A stretch of DNA of 18,934 bases from positions 1-18,934 of the IMG/VR virus record IMGVR_UViG_2690316233_000002. One strand, given 5' to 3'. Numbering within the stretch: position 1 is the first letter of the stretch; each line of letters opens with the position of its first letter. Below are positions 1 to 6,799 of this stretch, piece by piece. Position numbers and translations under genes: made by a program. The notes below the pieces were generated by a model. That model searched no databases. It saw nothing but the letters and a program-made list of their open reading frames with translations, and was not told the DNA's origin. Source of the stretch: a virus. Taxonomy: Duplodnaviria; Heunggongvirae; Uroviricota; Caudoviricetes.

Positions 1-168
1 GCAGATGAGCTTGTCCATATGACTGCGAGAATTAACCGTGGTGAGGCGATCCCTGAACCAGTAAAACAACTTCCTGTCATGGGCGGTAGACCTCTAAATC
101 GTGCACAGGCTCTGGCGAAGATCGCAGAACTCAAAGCTAAGTTCGGACTGAAAGGAGCAAGTGTATGA
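1..168 (+). CDS. 3' end of upstream gene (5'-truncated by the window), probably a lambda P-like replication protein C-terminus
   Basis: Frame 1 is open from base 1 to TGA at 166-168 (...RPLNRAQALAKIAELKAKFGLKGASV*). The stop overlaps the ren ATG (ATGA). Position directly upstream of ren matches lambda gene P; product assignment is from position and recalled similarity only. Confidence 0.5.
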   Translation, partial: ADELVHMTARINRGEAIPEPVKQLPVMGGRPLNRAQALAKIAELKAKFGLKGASV

Positions 169-455
169 CGGGCAAAGAGGCAATTATTCATTACCTGGGG
201 ACGCATAATAGCTTCTGTGCGCCGGACGTTGCCGCGCTAACAGGCGCAACAGTAACCAGCATAAATCAGGCCGCGGCTAAAATGGCACGGGCAGGTCTTC
301 TGGTTATCGAAGGTAAGGTCTGGCGAACGGTGTATTACCGGTTTGCTACCAAGGAAGAACGGGAAGGAAAGATGAGCACGAACCTAATTTTTAAGGAGTG
401 TCGCCAGAGTGCCGCGATGAAACGGGTATTGGCGGTATATGGAGTTAAAAGATGA
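165..455 (+). CDS. ren: Ren protein (Rex-exclusion escape), lambda-type
   Basis: 96 aa, the lambda Ren length; sequence MTGKEAIIHYLGTHNSFCAPDVAALTG... recalled as near-identical to lambda Ren. Sits immediately upstream of the nin region. Confidence 0.85.
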   Translation: MTGKEAIIHYLGTHNSFCAPDVAALTGATVTSINQAAAKMARAGLLVIEGKVWRTVYYRFATKEEREGKMSTNLIFKECRQSAAMKRVLAVYGVKR

Positions 456-480
456 CCATCTACATCACTGAGCTTGTAAC

Positions 481-513
481 AGGCCTGCTGGTAATCGCAG
501 GCCTTTTTATTTG
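481..513 (+). terminator. Rho-independent terminator-like hairpin (tR2-like) between ren and the next gene
   Basis: Perfect 8-bp inverted repeat AGGCCTGC (481-488) / GCAGGCCT (497-504) with an 8-nt loop, followed by TTTTTATTT. Confidence 0.6.
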
Positions 514-527
514 GGGGAGAGTAAATC

Positions 528-734
528 GTGGTTGAGTTGATTTTTTCTGCATTGAGGATTCTCGGTGCTATGTGGATGGTGGCGACGTTCATTGTGGTTG
601 CCAGCAGTTTTGTCCGGCTGGTAGGCGAAGGTAAAGACCTGGTTGGTGTGCTTTTCGGTAGCATTTTCCTGTGGGTGATTATCGGTGTTATGCCTGTTGT
701 CGTAGCAAAAGTGGCGTGGCGTTTTGTGAGTTGA
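528..734 (+). CDS. Small hydrophobic membrane protein (two predicted TM helices), function unknown
   Basis: 68-codon ORF starting at GTG 528 (in-frame TAA at 522-524 precludes extension). G-rich Shine-Dalgarno GGGGGAGAG at 512-520. Two long hydrophobic stretches (LIFSALRILGAMWMVATFIVVASSFV and LVGVLFGSIFLWVIIGVMPVVVA). No lambda counterpart at this position. Confidence 0.55.
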   Translation: MVELIFSALRILGAMWMVATFIVVASSFVRLVGEGKDLVGVLFGSIFLWVIIGVMPVVVAKVAWRFVS

Positions 735-741
735 GGTAACG

Positions 742-1152
742 ATGAAGCAAACAATCTTCCTCCGAACTAAGCAACAACAGCAAGCCGCAATCAACGCCAT
801 CCTCGCAACACCACTCGATAAAGACAAGCCAGTTACCATCCGCATTACTGACTACAAGCGCAACCTTGACCAGAACGCAAAATTTCACGCGATGGTCGCA
901 GATATCGCTAGGCAAGTTCAGTGGCGCGGCAAATGGTTAAAACCAGAACAATGGAAGGTTTTGTTGATAAGCGGTCATGCAGTGGCAACGAAACAGGAAG
1001 CTGATGTTTTACCCGGGCTTGAAGGCGAATGCGTCAACATTCGCGAAAGCAGCGCGCAGATGAGTGTGAAGCGTATGGCAAGTCTGATTGAGTACACGAC
1101 AGCATGGGCTATTGGTCAGGGTGTCAGATTTACCGACAGGAGGTACGAATGA
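742..1152 (+). CDS. ninB: Recombination protein NinB (Orf family)
   Basis: 136 aa; recalled similarity to lambda NinB (RNLDQN...F/W motifs, comparable length). GAGG Shine-Dalgarno upstream of ATG 742. First gene of the nin cluster. Confidence 0.85.
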   Translation: MKQTIFLRTKQQQQAAINAILATPLDKDKPVTIRITDYKRNLDQNAKFHAMVADIARQVQWRGKWLKPEQWKVLLISGHAVATKQEADVLPGLEGECVNIRESSAQMSVKRMASLIEYTTAWAIGQGVRFTDRRYE

Positions 1153-1331
1153 GACGACAGCGACGAAGTTTCACCGACATCATCTGCGAAAACTGCAAAT
1201 ACCTTCCAACGAAACGCTCCAGAAATAAACGCAAGCCAATCCCAAAAGAATCTGACGTAAAAACCTTCAACTACACGGCTCACCTGTGGGATATCCGGTG
1301 GCTTAGAGAACGTGCGAGGAAAACAAGGTGA
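1149..1331 (+). CDS. ninE: NinE protein
   Basis: 60 aa from ATG 1149 ([23 protein letters not shown]...), matching lambda orf-60/NinE in length and sequence as recalled. ATGA overlap with the ninB stop. The ORF-track start at 1104 is an upstream extension overlapping ninB. Confidence 0.8.
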   Translation: MRRQRRSFTDIICENCKYLPTKRSRNKRKPIPKESDVKTFNYTAHLWDIRWLRERARKTR

Positions 1332-1498
1332 TTGACCAAAATCGAAGTTACGAACAAGAAAGCGTCGAGCGAGCTTTAACGTGCGCTAACTGCGGTCAGA
1401 AGCTGCATGTGCTGGAAGTTCACGTGTGCTCCGATTGCTGCGCAGAACTGATGAGCGATCCGAATAGCTCAATGTACGAGGAAGAAGACGATGGCTAA
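1328..1498 (+). CDS. ninF: NinF protein
   Basis: 56-codon ORF from GTG 1328 ([56 protein letters not shown]), matching lambda orf-56/NinF with a CxxC...CxxCC zinc-ribbon-like motif. GTGA overlap with the ninE stop. Below the 60-aa ORF-track cutoff. Confidence 0.75.
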   Translation: MIDQNRSYEQESVERALTCANCGQKLHVLEVHVCSDCCAELMSDPNSSMYEEEDDG

Positions 1499-2096
1499 AC
1501 CAGCGCGAAGGAAATGCAAAATATGCAAGGAATGGTTTCACCCGGCATTCTCAAATCAGTGGTGGTGCTGCCCGGAACACGGAACTCAATTAGCACTCGA
1601 ACGACGAAGTAAAGAACGCGAAAAAGCGGAAAAAGCAGCAGAGAAGAAACGACGACGAGATGAACAGAAACAGAAAGATAAACTTAAGATTCGAAAACTC
1701 GCCTTAAAGCCCCGCAGTTACTGGATTAAGCAAGCCCAACAAGCCGTAAACGCCTTCATCAGAGAAAGAGACCGCGACTTACCATGTATCTCGTGCGGAA
1801 CGCTCACGTCTGCTCAGTGGGATGCCGGACATTACCGGACAACTGCTGCGGCACCTCAACTCCGATTTGATGAACGCAATATTCACAAGCAATGCGTGGT
1901 GTGCAACCAGCACAAAAGCGGAAATCTCGTTCCGTATCGCGTCGAACTGATTAATCGCATCGGGCAGGAAGCAGTAGACGAAATCGAATCAAACCATAAC
2001 CGCCATCGCTGGACTATCGAAGAGTGCAAGGCGATCAAGGCAGAGTACCAACAGAAACTCAAAGACCTGCGAAATAGCAGAAGTGAGGCCGCATGA
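1491..2096 (+). CDS. ninG: Recombination protein NinG (Rap-like structure-specific endonuclease)
   Basis: 201 aa (lambda NinG is 204 aa). Cys-rich N-terminus ([10 protein letters not shown]...WWCCPEH) and HNH-like C-terminal motifs (CISCG...[11 protein letters not shown]). Sits in the ninF-ninH interval. Confidence 0.9.
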   Translation: MAKPARRKCKICKEWFHPAFSNQWWCCPEHGTQLALERRSKEREKAEKAAEKKRRRDEQKQKDKLKIRKLALKPRSYWIKQAQQAVNAFIRERDRDLPCISCGTLTSAQWDAGHYRTTAAAPQLRFDERNIHKQCVVCNQHKSGNLVPYRVELINRIGQEAVDEIESNHNRHRWTIEECKAIKAEYQQKLKDLRNSRSEAA

Positions 2097-2299
2097 CGTT
2101 CTCAGTAAAAACCATTCCAGACATGCTCGTTGAAGCATACGGAAACCAGACAGAAGTAGCACGCAGACTGAAATGTAGTCGCGGCACGGTCAGAAAATAC
2201 GTTGATGATAAAGACGGGAAAATGCACGCCATCGTCAACTACGTTCTTATGGTTCATCGCGGATGGAGTGAAAGAGATGCGCTATTACGAAAGAATTGA
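2093..2299 (+). CDS. ninH: NinH protein
   Basis: 68 aa, the lambda NinH length; recalled near-identity ([36 protein letters not shown]...). ATGA overlap with the ninG stop. Confidence 0.9.
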   Translation: MTFSVKTIPDMLVEAYGNQTEVARRLKCSRGTVRKYVDDKDGKMHAIVNYVLMVHRGWSERDALLRKN

Positions 2300-2948
2300 T
2301 GGCAGCAAATACCGAAATATTTGGGTAGTTGGCGATCTGCACGGATGCTACACGAACCTGATGAAAAAACTGGAGACGATAGGATTCGACACCAAAAAAG
2401 ACCTGCTTATCTCGGTTGGCGATTTGGTCGATCGCGGTACAGAGAACGTCGAATGTCTGGAATTAATCACATTCCCCTGGTTCCGAGCTGTACGTGGAAA
2501 CCATGAGCAAATGATGATTGATGGCTTATCAGAGCGCGGAAACGTCAATCACTGGATGCTTAATGGCGGTGGCTGGTTCTTTAATCTCGATTACGACAAA
2601 GAAATTCTGGCTAAAGCTCTTGCCCATAAAGCAGAAGAACTTCCGTTAATCATCGAACTGGTGAGCAAAGATAAAAAATACGTCATCTGCCACGCCGATT
2701 ATCCCTGTGATGAATACGAGTTTGGAAAGCCAGTTGATCATCAGCAGGTAATCTGGAACCGCGAACGAATCAGCAACTCACAAGACGGGATCGTGAAAGA
2801 AATCAAAGGCGCGGACACGTTCATCTTTGGTCATACGCCAGCAGTGAAACCACTCAAGTTTGCCAACCAGATGTATATCGATACTAGGGCAGTGTTCTGC
2901 GGAAATCTCACATTGATTCAGGTACAGGGAGAAGGCGCATGGGCATAA
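2277..2948 (+). CDS. ninI: Ser/Thr protein phosphatase NinI (lambda PPase family)
   Basis: Calcineurin-like metallophosphatase motifs GDLHG, GDLVDRG, GNHE. Start chosen at the internal ATG 2277 ([23 protein letters not shown]...) to match the lambda PPase N-terminus; the ORF-track start at 2202 would overlap ninH extensively. Confidence 0.9.
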   Translation: MRYYERIDGSKYRNIWVVGDLHGCYTNLMKKLETIGFDTKKDLLISVGDLVDRGTENVECLELITFPWFRAVRGNHEQMMIDGLSERGNVNHWMLNGGGWFFNLDYDKEILAKALAHKAEELPLIIELVSKDKKYVICHADYPCDEYEFGKPVDHQQVIWNRERISNSQDGIVKEIKGADTFIFGHTPAVKPLKFANQMYIDTRAVFCGNLTLIQVQGEGAWA

Positions 2949-3457
2949 GAGAACTAAACCTCACCAAAGAGCAGCATGAGTGGCTGAATGGCTGGCTTGA
3001 ACTGTGGGGCGCATGGGTTTATTCAGGTCGTCTGGAAAAGCGCATGAGCAGCGTAATAGCGAAGTTCATGGAGAGCGTAGAGCCGGGAAGAGTTATGACA
3101 AGGCCAATGTGCAATGATGATGATGGAATGTTGATTTCTCAGGTCGTCGATTCCGTTATGTACATTGACAAAAAAGCCTTTGGCATCCTCCTCAGCTACT
3201 ACGCTCATGGTTCATCTAAGCGAGCAATTGCATCCTACTATCACGCGACTGCAAAGCCACGCAAGATGTGTGGACGTGGTGGCGAGGGATGGAGAAAACC
3301 TTCACTGGCAACCTGTAGAAACGAAATTGACGACATCCTGAAAGCGTCGTTATTTGTTTTGTACCAGCCAATGCAAAATGCTTTCAAAATGCGTAAACGT
3401 GTTGAGAAAGTTAAGCATGTTGCTGTTAAAAGCCTTGACATGCAATTATCCATTTAG
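2939..3457 (+). CDS. Q: Late-gene antiterminator Q, non-lambda type (phage 21/82/QuuD-like family)
   Basis: 172 aa with an ELWGAW...MCNDDDGM signature recalled from QuuD-type Q proteins. Lies between ninI and the late promoter and lysis genes. GGAGAAGG Shine-Dalgarno upstream; start overlaps the ninI stop. Confidence 0.75.
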   Translation: MGIRELNLTKEQHEWLNGWLELWGAWVYSGRLEKRMSSVIAKFMESVEPGRVMTRPMCNDDDGMLISQVVDSVMYIDKKAFGILLSYYAHGSSKRAIASYYHATAKPRKMCGRGGEGWRKPSLATCRNEIDDILKASLFVLYQPMQNAFKMRKRVEKVKHVAVKSLDMQLSI

Positions 3458-3464
3458 CCATAAT
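3435..3464 (+). promoter_or_regulatory. Candidate late promoter pR' (sigma70 -35/-10), with the presumed Q-utilisation region
   Basis: TTGACA at 3435-3440, 18-nt spacer, CATAAT at 3459-3464, straddling the Q stop codon (3455-3457) as in lambdoid pR'. Confidence 0.5.
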
Positions 3465-3474
3465 TAGAAGGTAA

Positions 3475-3520
3475 GCTGCCGTTAGTGACTCTTAAGTTGC
3501 AACGGTGGCTTTTTTGTTTG
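3475..3520 (+). terminator. Candidate Q-regulated terminator (tR'-like): imperfect hairpin plus T-tract
   Basis: GCCGTT (3478-3483) pairs with AACGG(TG)GC (3501-3509) with one bulge, followed by CTTTTTTGTTTG (3510-3520), about 40 nt downstream of the predicted pR' start. Stem is imperfect. Confidence 0.35.
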
Positions 3521-3593
3521 CACAACAGGTAAGAGCATTGAACCCGCAGACCTCGCGGAATTGGCGAAAGGTGCCGCGCAGTGCTCTTATCGT

Positions 3594-3723
3594 TGTGGTG
3601 AAGCTCAATGGCGAGCTAGCAGATAGGCGATAGTGAAAATACTAGTCATGTAGCTGACCGCCGCGCGTACTGCAATCGGCAGCGCACCGATGGAAGCCGG
3701 TTCGATTCCGGCCGCCACAACCC
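3594..3723 (+). ncRNA. tRNA-like element: canonical T-arm, anticodon-arm-like hairpin and acceptor pairing, with a ~58 nt insertion; not a standard tRNA
   Basis: T-arm GCCGG-TTCGATT-CCGGC (3696-3712). Anticodon-like arm ATCGG-CAGCGCA-CCGAT (3675-3691). Acceptor pairing TGTGGTG (3594-3600) with CGCCACA (3713-3719). D-arm-like GCTC-AATGGC-GAGC (3603-3616). No encoded CCA (ACCC follows); position 33 is A rather than U. Confidence 0.3.
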
Positions 3724-3943
3724 AAACTGAGCCGTAGCCACTGGCTATCCTAGATTCATCAGTGATAGTTATGCTGCGGCCTTCTACACATGACCTTCGT
3801 GAAAGCGGGTAGCAAGAGGCTGCGCTAACAACCTCCTGCCGTTTTGCCCGTGCATATCGGTCACGAACAAATCTGATTACTAAACACAGTAGCCTGGATT
3901 TGTTCTATCAGTAATCGACCTTATTCCTAATTAAATAGAGCAA

Positions 3944-3974
3944 ATCCCCTTATTGGGGGTAAGACATGAAGATG
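3944..3974 (+). promoter_or_regulatory. S-gene translational control region: sdi-like stem-loop and dual start codons (Met1-Lys-Met3)
   Basis: Hairpin CCCC-TTATT-GGGG at 3946-3958 immediately upstream of ATG 3966 and ATG 3972 (ATGAAGATG), the lambda S107/S105 dual-start arrangement. Confidence 0.7.
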
Positions 3975-4289
3975 CCAGAAAAACATGACCTGTTGGCCGC
4001 CATTCTCGCGGCAAAGGAACAAGGCATCGGGGCAATCCTTGCGTTTGCAATGGCGTACCTTCGCGGCAGATATAATGGCGGTGCGTTTACAAAAACAGTA
4101 ATCGACGCAACGATGTGCGCCATTATCGCCTGGTTCATTCGTGACCTTCTCGACTTCGCCGGACTAAGTAGCAATCTCGCTTATATAACGAGCGTGTTCA
4201 TCGGCTATATCGGCACTGACTCGATTGGTTCGCTTATCAAACGCTTCGCTGCTAAAAAAGCCGGAGTAGAAGATGGTGGAAATCAATAA
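3966..4289 (+). CDS. S: Holin/antiholin S (class I, lambda S type)
   Basis: 107 aa beginning [34 protein letters not shown]..., recalled as near-identical to lambda S. Three hydrophobic TM segments; directly precedes the endolysin gene. Confidence 0.95.
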   Translation: MKMPEKHDLLAAILAAKEQGIGAILAFAMAYLRGRYNGGAFTKTVIDATMCAIIAWFIRDLLDFAGLSSNLAYITSVFIGYIGTDSIGSLIKRFAAKKAGVEDGGNQ

Positions 4290-4749
4290 TCAACGTAAGG
4301 CGTTCCTCGATATGCTGGCGTGGTCGGAGGGAACTGATAACGGACGTCAGAAAACCAGAAATCATGGTTATGACGTCATTGTAGGCGGAGAGCTATTCAC
4401 TGATTACTCCGATCACCCTCGCAAACTTGTCACGCTAAACCCAAAACTCAAATCAACAGCAGCCGGACGTTACCAGCTTCTTTCCCGTTGGTGGGATGCC
4501 TATCGCAAGCAGCTCGGACTGAAAGACTTCTCTCCGAAAAGCCAGGACGCTGTGGCACTGCAACAGATTAAAGAGCGTGGCGCTTTACCGATGATTGATC
4601 GCGGTGATATCCGTCAGGCTATCGACCGTTGCAGCAATATCTGGGCTTCACTGCCGGGCGCTGGTTATGGTCAGTTCGAGCATAAGGCTGACAGCCTGAT
4701 TGCAAAATTCAAAGAAGCGGGTGGAACGGTCAGAGAGATTGAGGTATGA
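4273..4749 (+). CDS. R: Endolysin R (lambda-type lytic transglycosylase)
   Basis: 158 aa, [35 protein letters not shown]..., recalled as near-identical to lambda R. Start overlaps the S 3' end. Confidence 0.95.
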   Translation: MVEINNQRKAFLDMLAWSEGTDNGRQKTRNHGYDVIVGGELFTDYSDHPRKLVTLNPKLKSTAAGRYQLLSRWWDAYRKQLGLKDFSPKSQDAVALQQIKERGALPMIDRGDIRQAIDRCSNIWASLPGAGYGQFEHKADSLIAKFKEAGGTVREIEV

Positions 4750-5183
4750 GCAGAGTAACCGCGATTATCTCCGCTCTGGTTATCTGCATCATCGTCTGTC
4801 TGTCATGGGCTGTTAATCATTACCGTGATAACGCCATGACCTACAAAGAGCAGCGCGATAAAGCCACATCCATCATCGCTGATATGCAGAAGCGTCAACG
4901 TGATGTAGCTGAACTCGATGCCAGATACACAAAGGAGCTTGCTGATGCTAACGCGACTATCGAAAGTCTCCGTGCTGATGTTTCTGCTGGGCGTAAGCGC
5001 CTGCAGGTCGCCGCCACCTGTGCAAAGTCAACGACCGGAGCCAGCGGCATGGGCGATGGAGAAAGCCCAAGACTTACAGCAGATGCTGAACTCAATTATT
5101 ACCGTCTCCGAAGTGGAATCGACAGGATAACCGCGCAGGTTAACTACCTGCAGGAATACATCAGGACGCAATGCCTTCGATGA
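4746..5183 (+). CDS. Rz: Inner-membrane spanin subunit Rz (i-spanin)
   Basis: 145 aa with an N-terminal TM helix ([18 protein letters not shown]) and a coiled-coil periplasmic domain. ATGA overlap with the R stop; N-terminus matches lambda Rz as recalled. Confidence 0.9.
   Translation: MSRVTAIISALVICIIVCLSWAVNHYRDNAMTYKEQRDKATSIIADMQKRQRDVAELDARYTKELADANATIESLRADVSAGRKRLQVAATCAKSTTGASGMGDGESPRLTADAELNYYRLRSGIDRITAQVNYLQEYIRTQCLR
4945..5130 (+). CDS. Rz1: Outer-membrane lipoprotein spanin subunit Rz1 (o-spanin), embedded in the +1 frame of Rz
   Basis: ORF wholly inside Rz in another frame. Signal peptide with lipobox-like LGVSAC followed by a proline-rich stretch ([12 protein letters not shown]), parallel to lambda Rz1. 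Start chosen at Met10 of the track ORF (4918); ATG 4978 is an alternative. Confidence 0.75.
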   Translation: MLTRLSKVSVLMFLLGVSACRSPPPVQSQRPEPAAWAMEKAQDLQQMLNSIITVSEVESTG

Positions 5184-5583
5184 TAGCGATAATTTTACTC
5201 ATCATCCTTCACATCTGGCTCTGTAGACAGGGTGGTGATCACTTCTGGAGTGAATCCAGATTAAACATCTCATTGCTGATGCTTGATATTGAGCATCTGG
5301 CGCGCGGTAAGGGGCTGCGTTGAGATAAGAGCCAGTTCATTACAAAGCCTATCTACTGGTGGGCTTGATAATGAAACCGGAATTTATTCTGGGTAACCAG
5401 TTACGGCAGTACCGCGAAACAACCCAAGCCAGTAAGTGGGGAAATAACACTGGCAGCCACTGAAAGATGAACCTCCTGCCTTATGGCAAAAAAGATTCTT
5501 TGTGGTGGCGGACTGATGGAAAGACATCGGTTATTGCAGAGGCCATTCAATGAGTGGTCTCGACAATGGCTTATACCCTACAC

Positions 5584-5609
5584 GGGATAACTTAACTGAT
5601 ATCCCTTTT
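5584..5609 (+). terminator. Hairpin plus T-tract (weak intrinsic-terminator-like structure) upstream of the moron ORFs
   Basis: GGGATA (5584-5589) / TATCCC (5600-5605) with a 10-nt loop, followed by TTTT (5606-5609). AT-rich stem, so probably weak. Confidence 0.3.
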
Positions 5610-5630
5610 AACGGATAAACGGAGCCAACA

Positions 5631-5873
5631 ATGGCAGAGATTATTCCCATGACTGAAGAACAGAAATTCAAGTTAGAAATTTACCGACTGCTATCTAAGA
5701 ACAATTCAGCGGCAGAGGAAGCGTTTGCATTCATTGGTGCTGACCAGTTGAAACTGGAATTGTTCAAGTTGCACTACAACGATGGCGGTGCAAATCCAGA
5801 CTTCACATCTCGCACTATCGAAGCGGTGCGTAAATCGAAGGAAGCGTTAGACCTGTTCACTACCGGAGGGTAA
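5631..5873 (+). CDS. Hypothetical protein (80 aa), moron between lysis and packaging modules
   Basis: ORF with GGAG Shine-Dalgarno about 9 nt upstream of ATG 5631; 3-nt gap to the next ORF. No recognisable motif. Confidence 0.55.
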   Translation: MAEIIPMTEEQKFKLEIYRLLSKNNSAAEEAFAFIGADQLKLELFKLHYNDGGANPDFTSRTIEAVRKSKEALDLFTTGG

Positions 5874-5876
5874 GAG

Positions 5877-6164
5877 ATGACTGAACAAGAAATGCCGAGA
5901 TACCAGTGCCACAAAAAAGTTCGCGCCCTGAAGATTGGCTCTATAGAACATAAGCCAAACCCAGATCAGTCTGGTAAGACTGGCTCTTCTAGTTATGGGG
6001 CAATTATTCATCCGGATGATAAGAAATACGCAGCATTTGATGTTAGCGCGGAATATATCTGTAAGCACCGACCAATGTCTGGAGGCTATTACGTTGTCTA
6101 TGAGGATGGATATGAATCATATTCTCCTGCTGAGGTATTTGAGTCTGGATATTCAAAATTATAG
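5877..6164 (+). CDS. Hypothetical protein (95 aa), moron between lysis and packaging modules
   Basis: ORF with GGAGGG upstream of ATG 5877 and a Tyr/Gly-rich C-terminus. No recognisable catalytic motif. Confidence 0.6.
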   Translation: MTEQEMPRYQCHKKVRALKIGSIEHKPNPDQSGKTGSSSYGAIIHPDDKKYAAFDVSAEYICKHRPMSGGYYVVYEDGYESYSPAEVFESGYSKL

Positions 6165-6173
6165 GAATCCTCT

Positions 6174-6353
6174 ATGACAAGCGTCGTTGATCTTGGTAAG
6201 GAGAAGAAATTCCCAATTACTCAAGAGCTATACGAGAGGCTGGAAAGCGTCATTCATGATTACGATGGTGAAATCAGTTTATGCGAGGCGATTGGCACAC
6301 TTGAATTGCTGAAGCAGTCACTGATTGAAAGCGCGAAAGAGTCCTTAACCTGA
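6174..6353 (+). CDS. Hypothetical small protein (59 aa)
   Basis: ATG 6174 preceded by AGGA; translation MTSVVDLGKEKKFPITQELYERLESVIHDYDGEISLCEAIGTLELLKQSLIESAKESLT. Fills the gap before the small terminase gene; below the ORF-track cutoff. Confidence 0.4.
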   Translation: MTSVVDLGKEKKFPITQELYERLESVIHDYDGEISLCEAIGTLELLKQSLIESAKESLT

Positions 6354-6376
6354 AATAACAACTAAGTGAGATGAAT

Positions 6377-6799
6377 ATGGCGACTGAACCAAAAGCTGGT
6401 CGCCCCTCTGATTATATGCCGGAGGTGGCTGACGATATCTGCTCGTTGCTTTCTTCTGGCGAAAGTTTGCTGAAAGTATGTAAGCGTCCTGGTATGCCGG
6501 ATAAGTCCACTGTTTTCCGCTGGTTGGCAAAGCATGAGGATTTTCGCGACAAGTACGCGAAGGCAACTGAGGCACGAGCTGATTCTATTTTCGAAGAGAT
6601 ATTCGAAATTGCTGACAATGCGATTCCAGATGCTGCTGAGGTGGCAAAGGCAAGACTTCGCGTTGATACCCGCAAATGGGCGCTGGCCCGAATGAATCCC
6701 CGTAAGTATGGCGACAAGGTAACTAACGAGCTTGTCGGTAAGGACGGCGGCGCAATCCAGATTGAAACATCACCGATGAGCACTCTATTCGGAAAATGA
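6377..6799 (+). CDS. Terminase small subunit (Sf6 gp1-like)
   Basis: 140 aa from ATG 6377 (MATEPKAGRPSDYMPEVADDICSLL...), recalled as closely matching the Sf6 small terminase. ATG 6371 is an alternative start. Immediately precedes and overlaps the large terminase gene (ATGA). Confidence 0.8.
   Translation: MATEPKAGRPSDYMPEVADDICSLLSSGESLLKVCKRPGMPDKSTVFRWLAKHEDFRDKYAKATEARADSIFEEIFEIADNAIPDAAEVAKARLRVDTRKWALARMNPRKYGDKVTNELVGKDGGAIQIETSPMSTLFGK

Noticed and set aside
452-535. 27-codon ORF (MTIYITELVTGLLVIAGLFIWGRVNRG) overlapping the ren stop and the terminator hairpin
   Set aside because: Very short, and its hydrophobic core is encoded by the inverted repeat of the terminator stem itself; more likely a by-product of the hairpin sequence than a gene.
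335-845. Reverse-strand ORFs 335..754 and 507..845 (139 and 112 aa)
   Set aside because: They lie antisense to ren, the membrane-protein ORF and ninB, which have strong positional and sequence support. There are no convincing start contexts and the compositions are low-complexity, so they look like antisense artefacts.
1104-1331. Track ORF starting at 1104 (75 aa)
   Set aside because: This is an N-terminal extension of ninE that overlaps the ninB 3' end; the ATG at 1149 gives the expected 60-aa NinE with the typical ATGA coupling.
2202-2948. 248-aa version of the phosphatase ORF starting at 2202
   Set aside because: The extension would overlap ninH by about 100 nt in another frame; the internal ATG 2277 reproduces the lambda PPase N-terminus (MRYYE...).
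2321-3453. ORFs 2321..2506 (+), 2348..2548 (-), 3023..3208 (-) and 3241..3453 (-)
   Set aside because: All lie inside ninI or Q in alternative frames or antisense, with no independent support.
3496-3503. GTTGCAAC palindrome as a possible operator or restriction-like site
   Set aside because: A single 8-bp palindrome with no second half-site or repeat; it is better explained as part of the hairpin/T-tract after pR'.
3950-5130. Reverse-strand ORFs 3950..4174 and 4895..5095
   Set aside because: Antisense to S and Rz/Rz1, whose identities are well supported; no start signals.
5184-5400. A reverse-strand bor-like lipoprotein gene downstream of Rz, as in lambda
   Set aside because: I translated the reverse strand of this interval and found only ORFs of 25 codons or fewer, with no signal-peptide-like start; no bor homologue is present.
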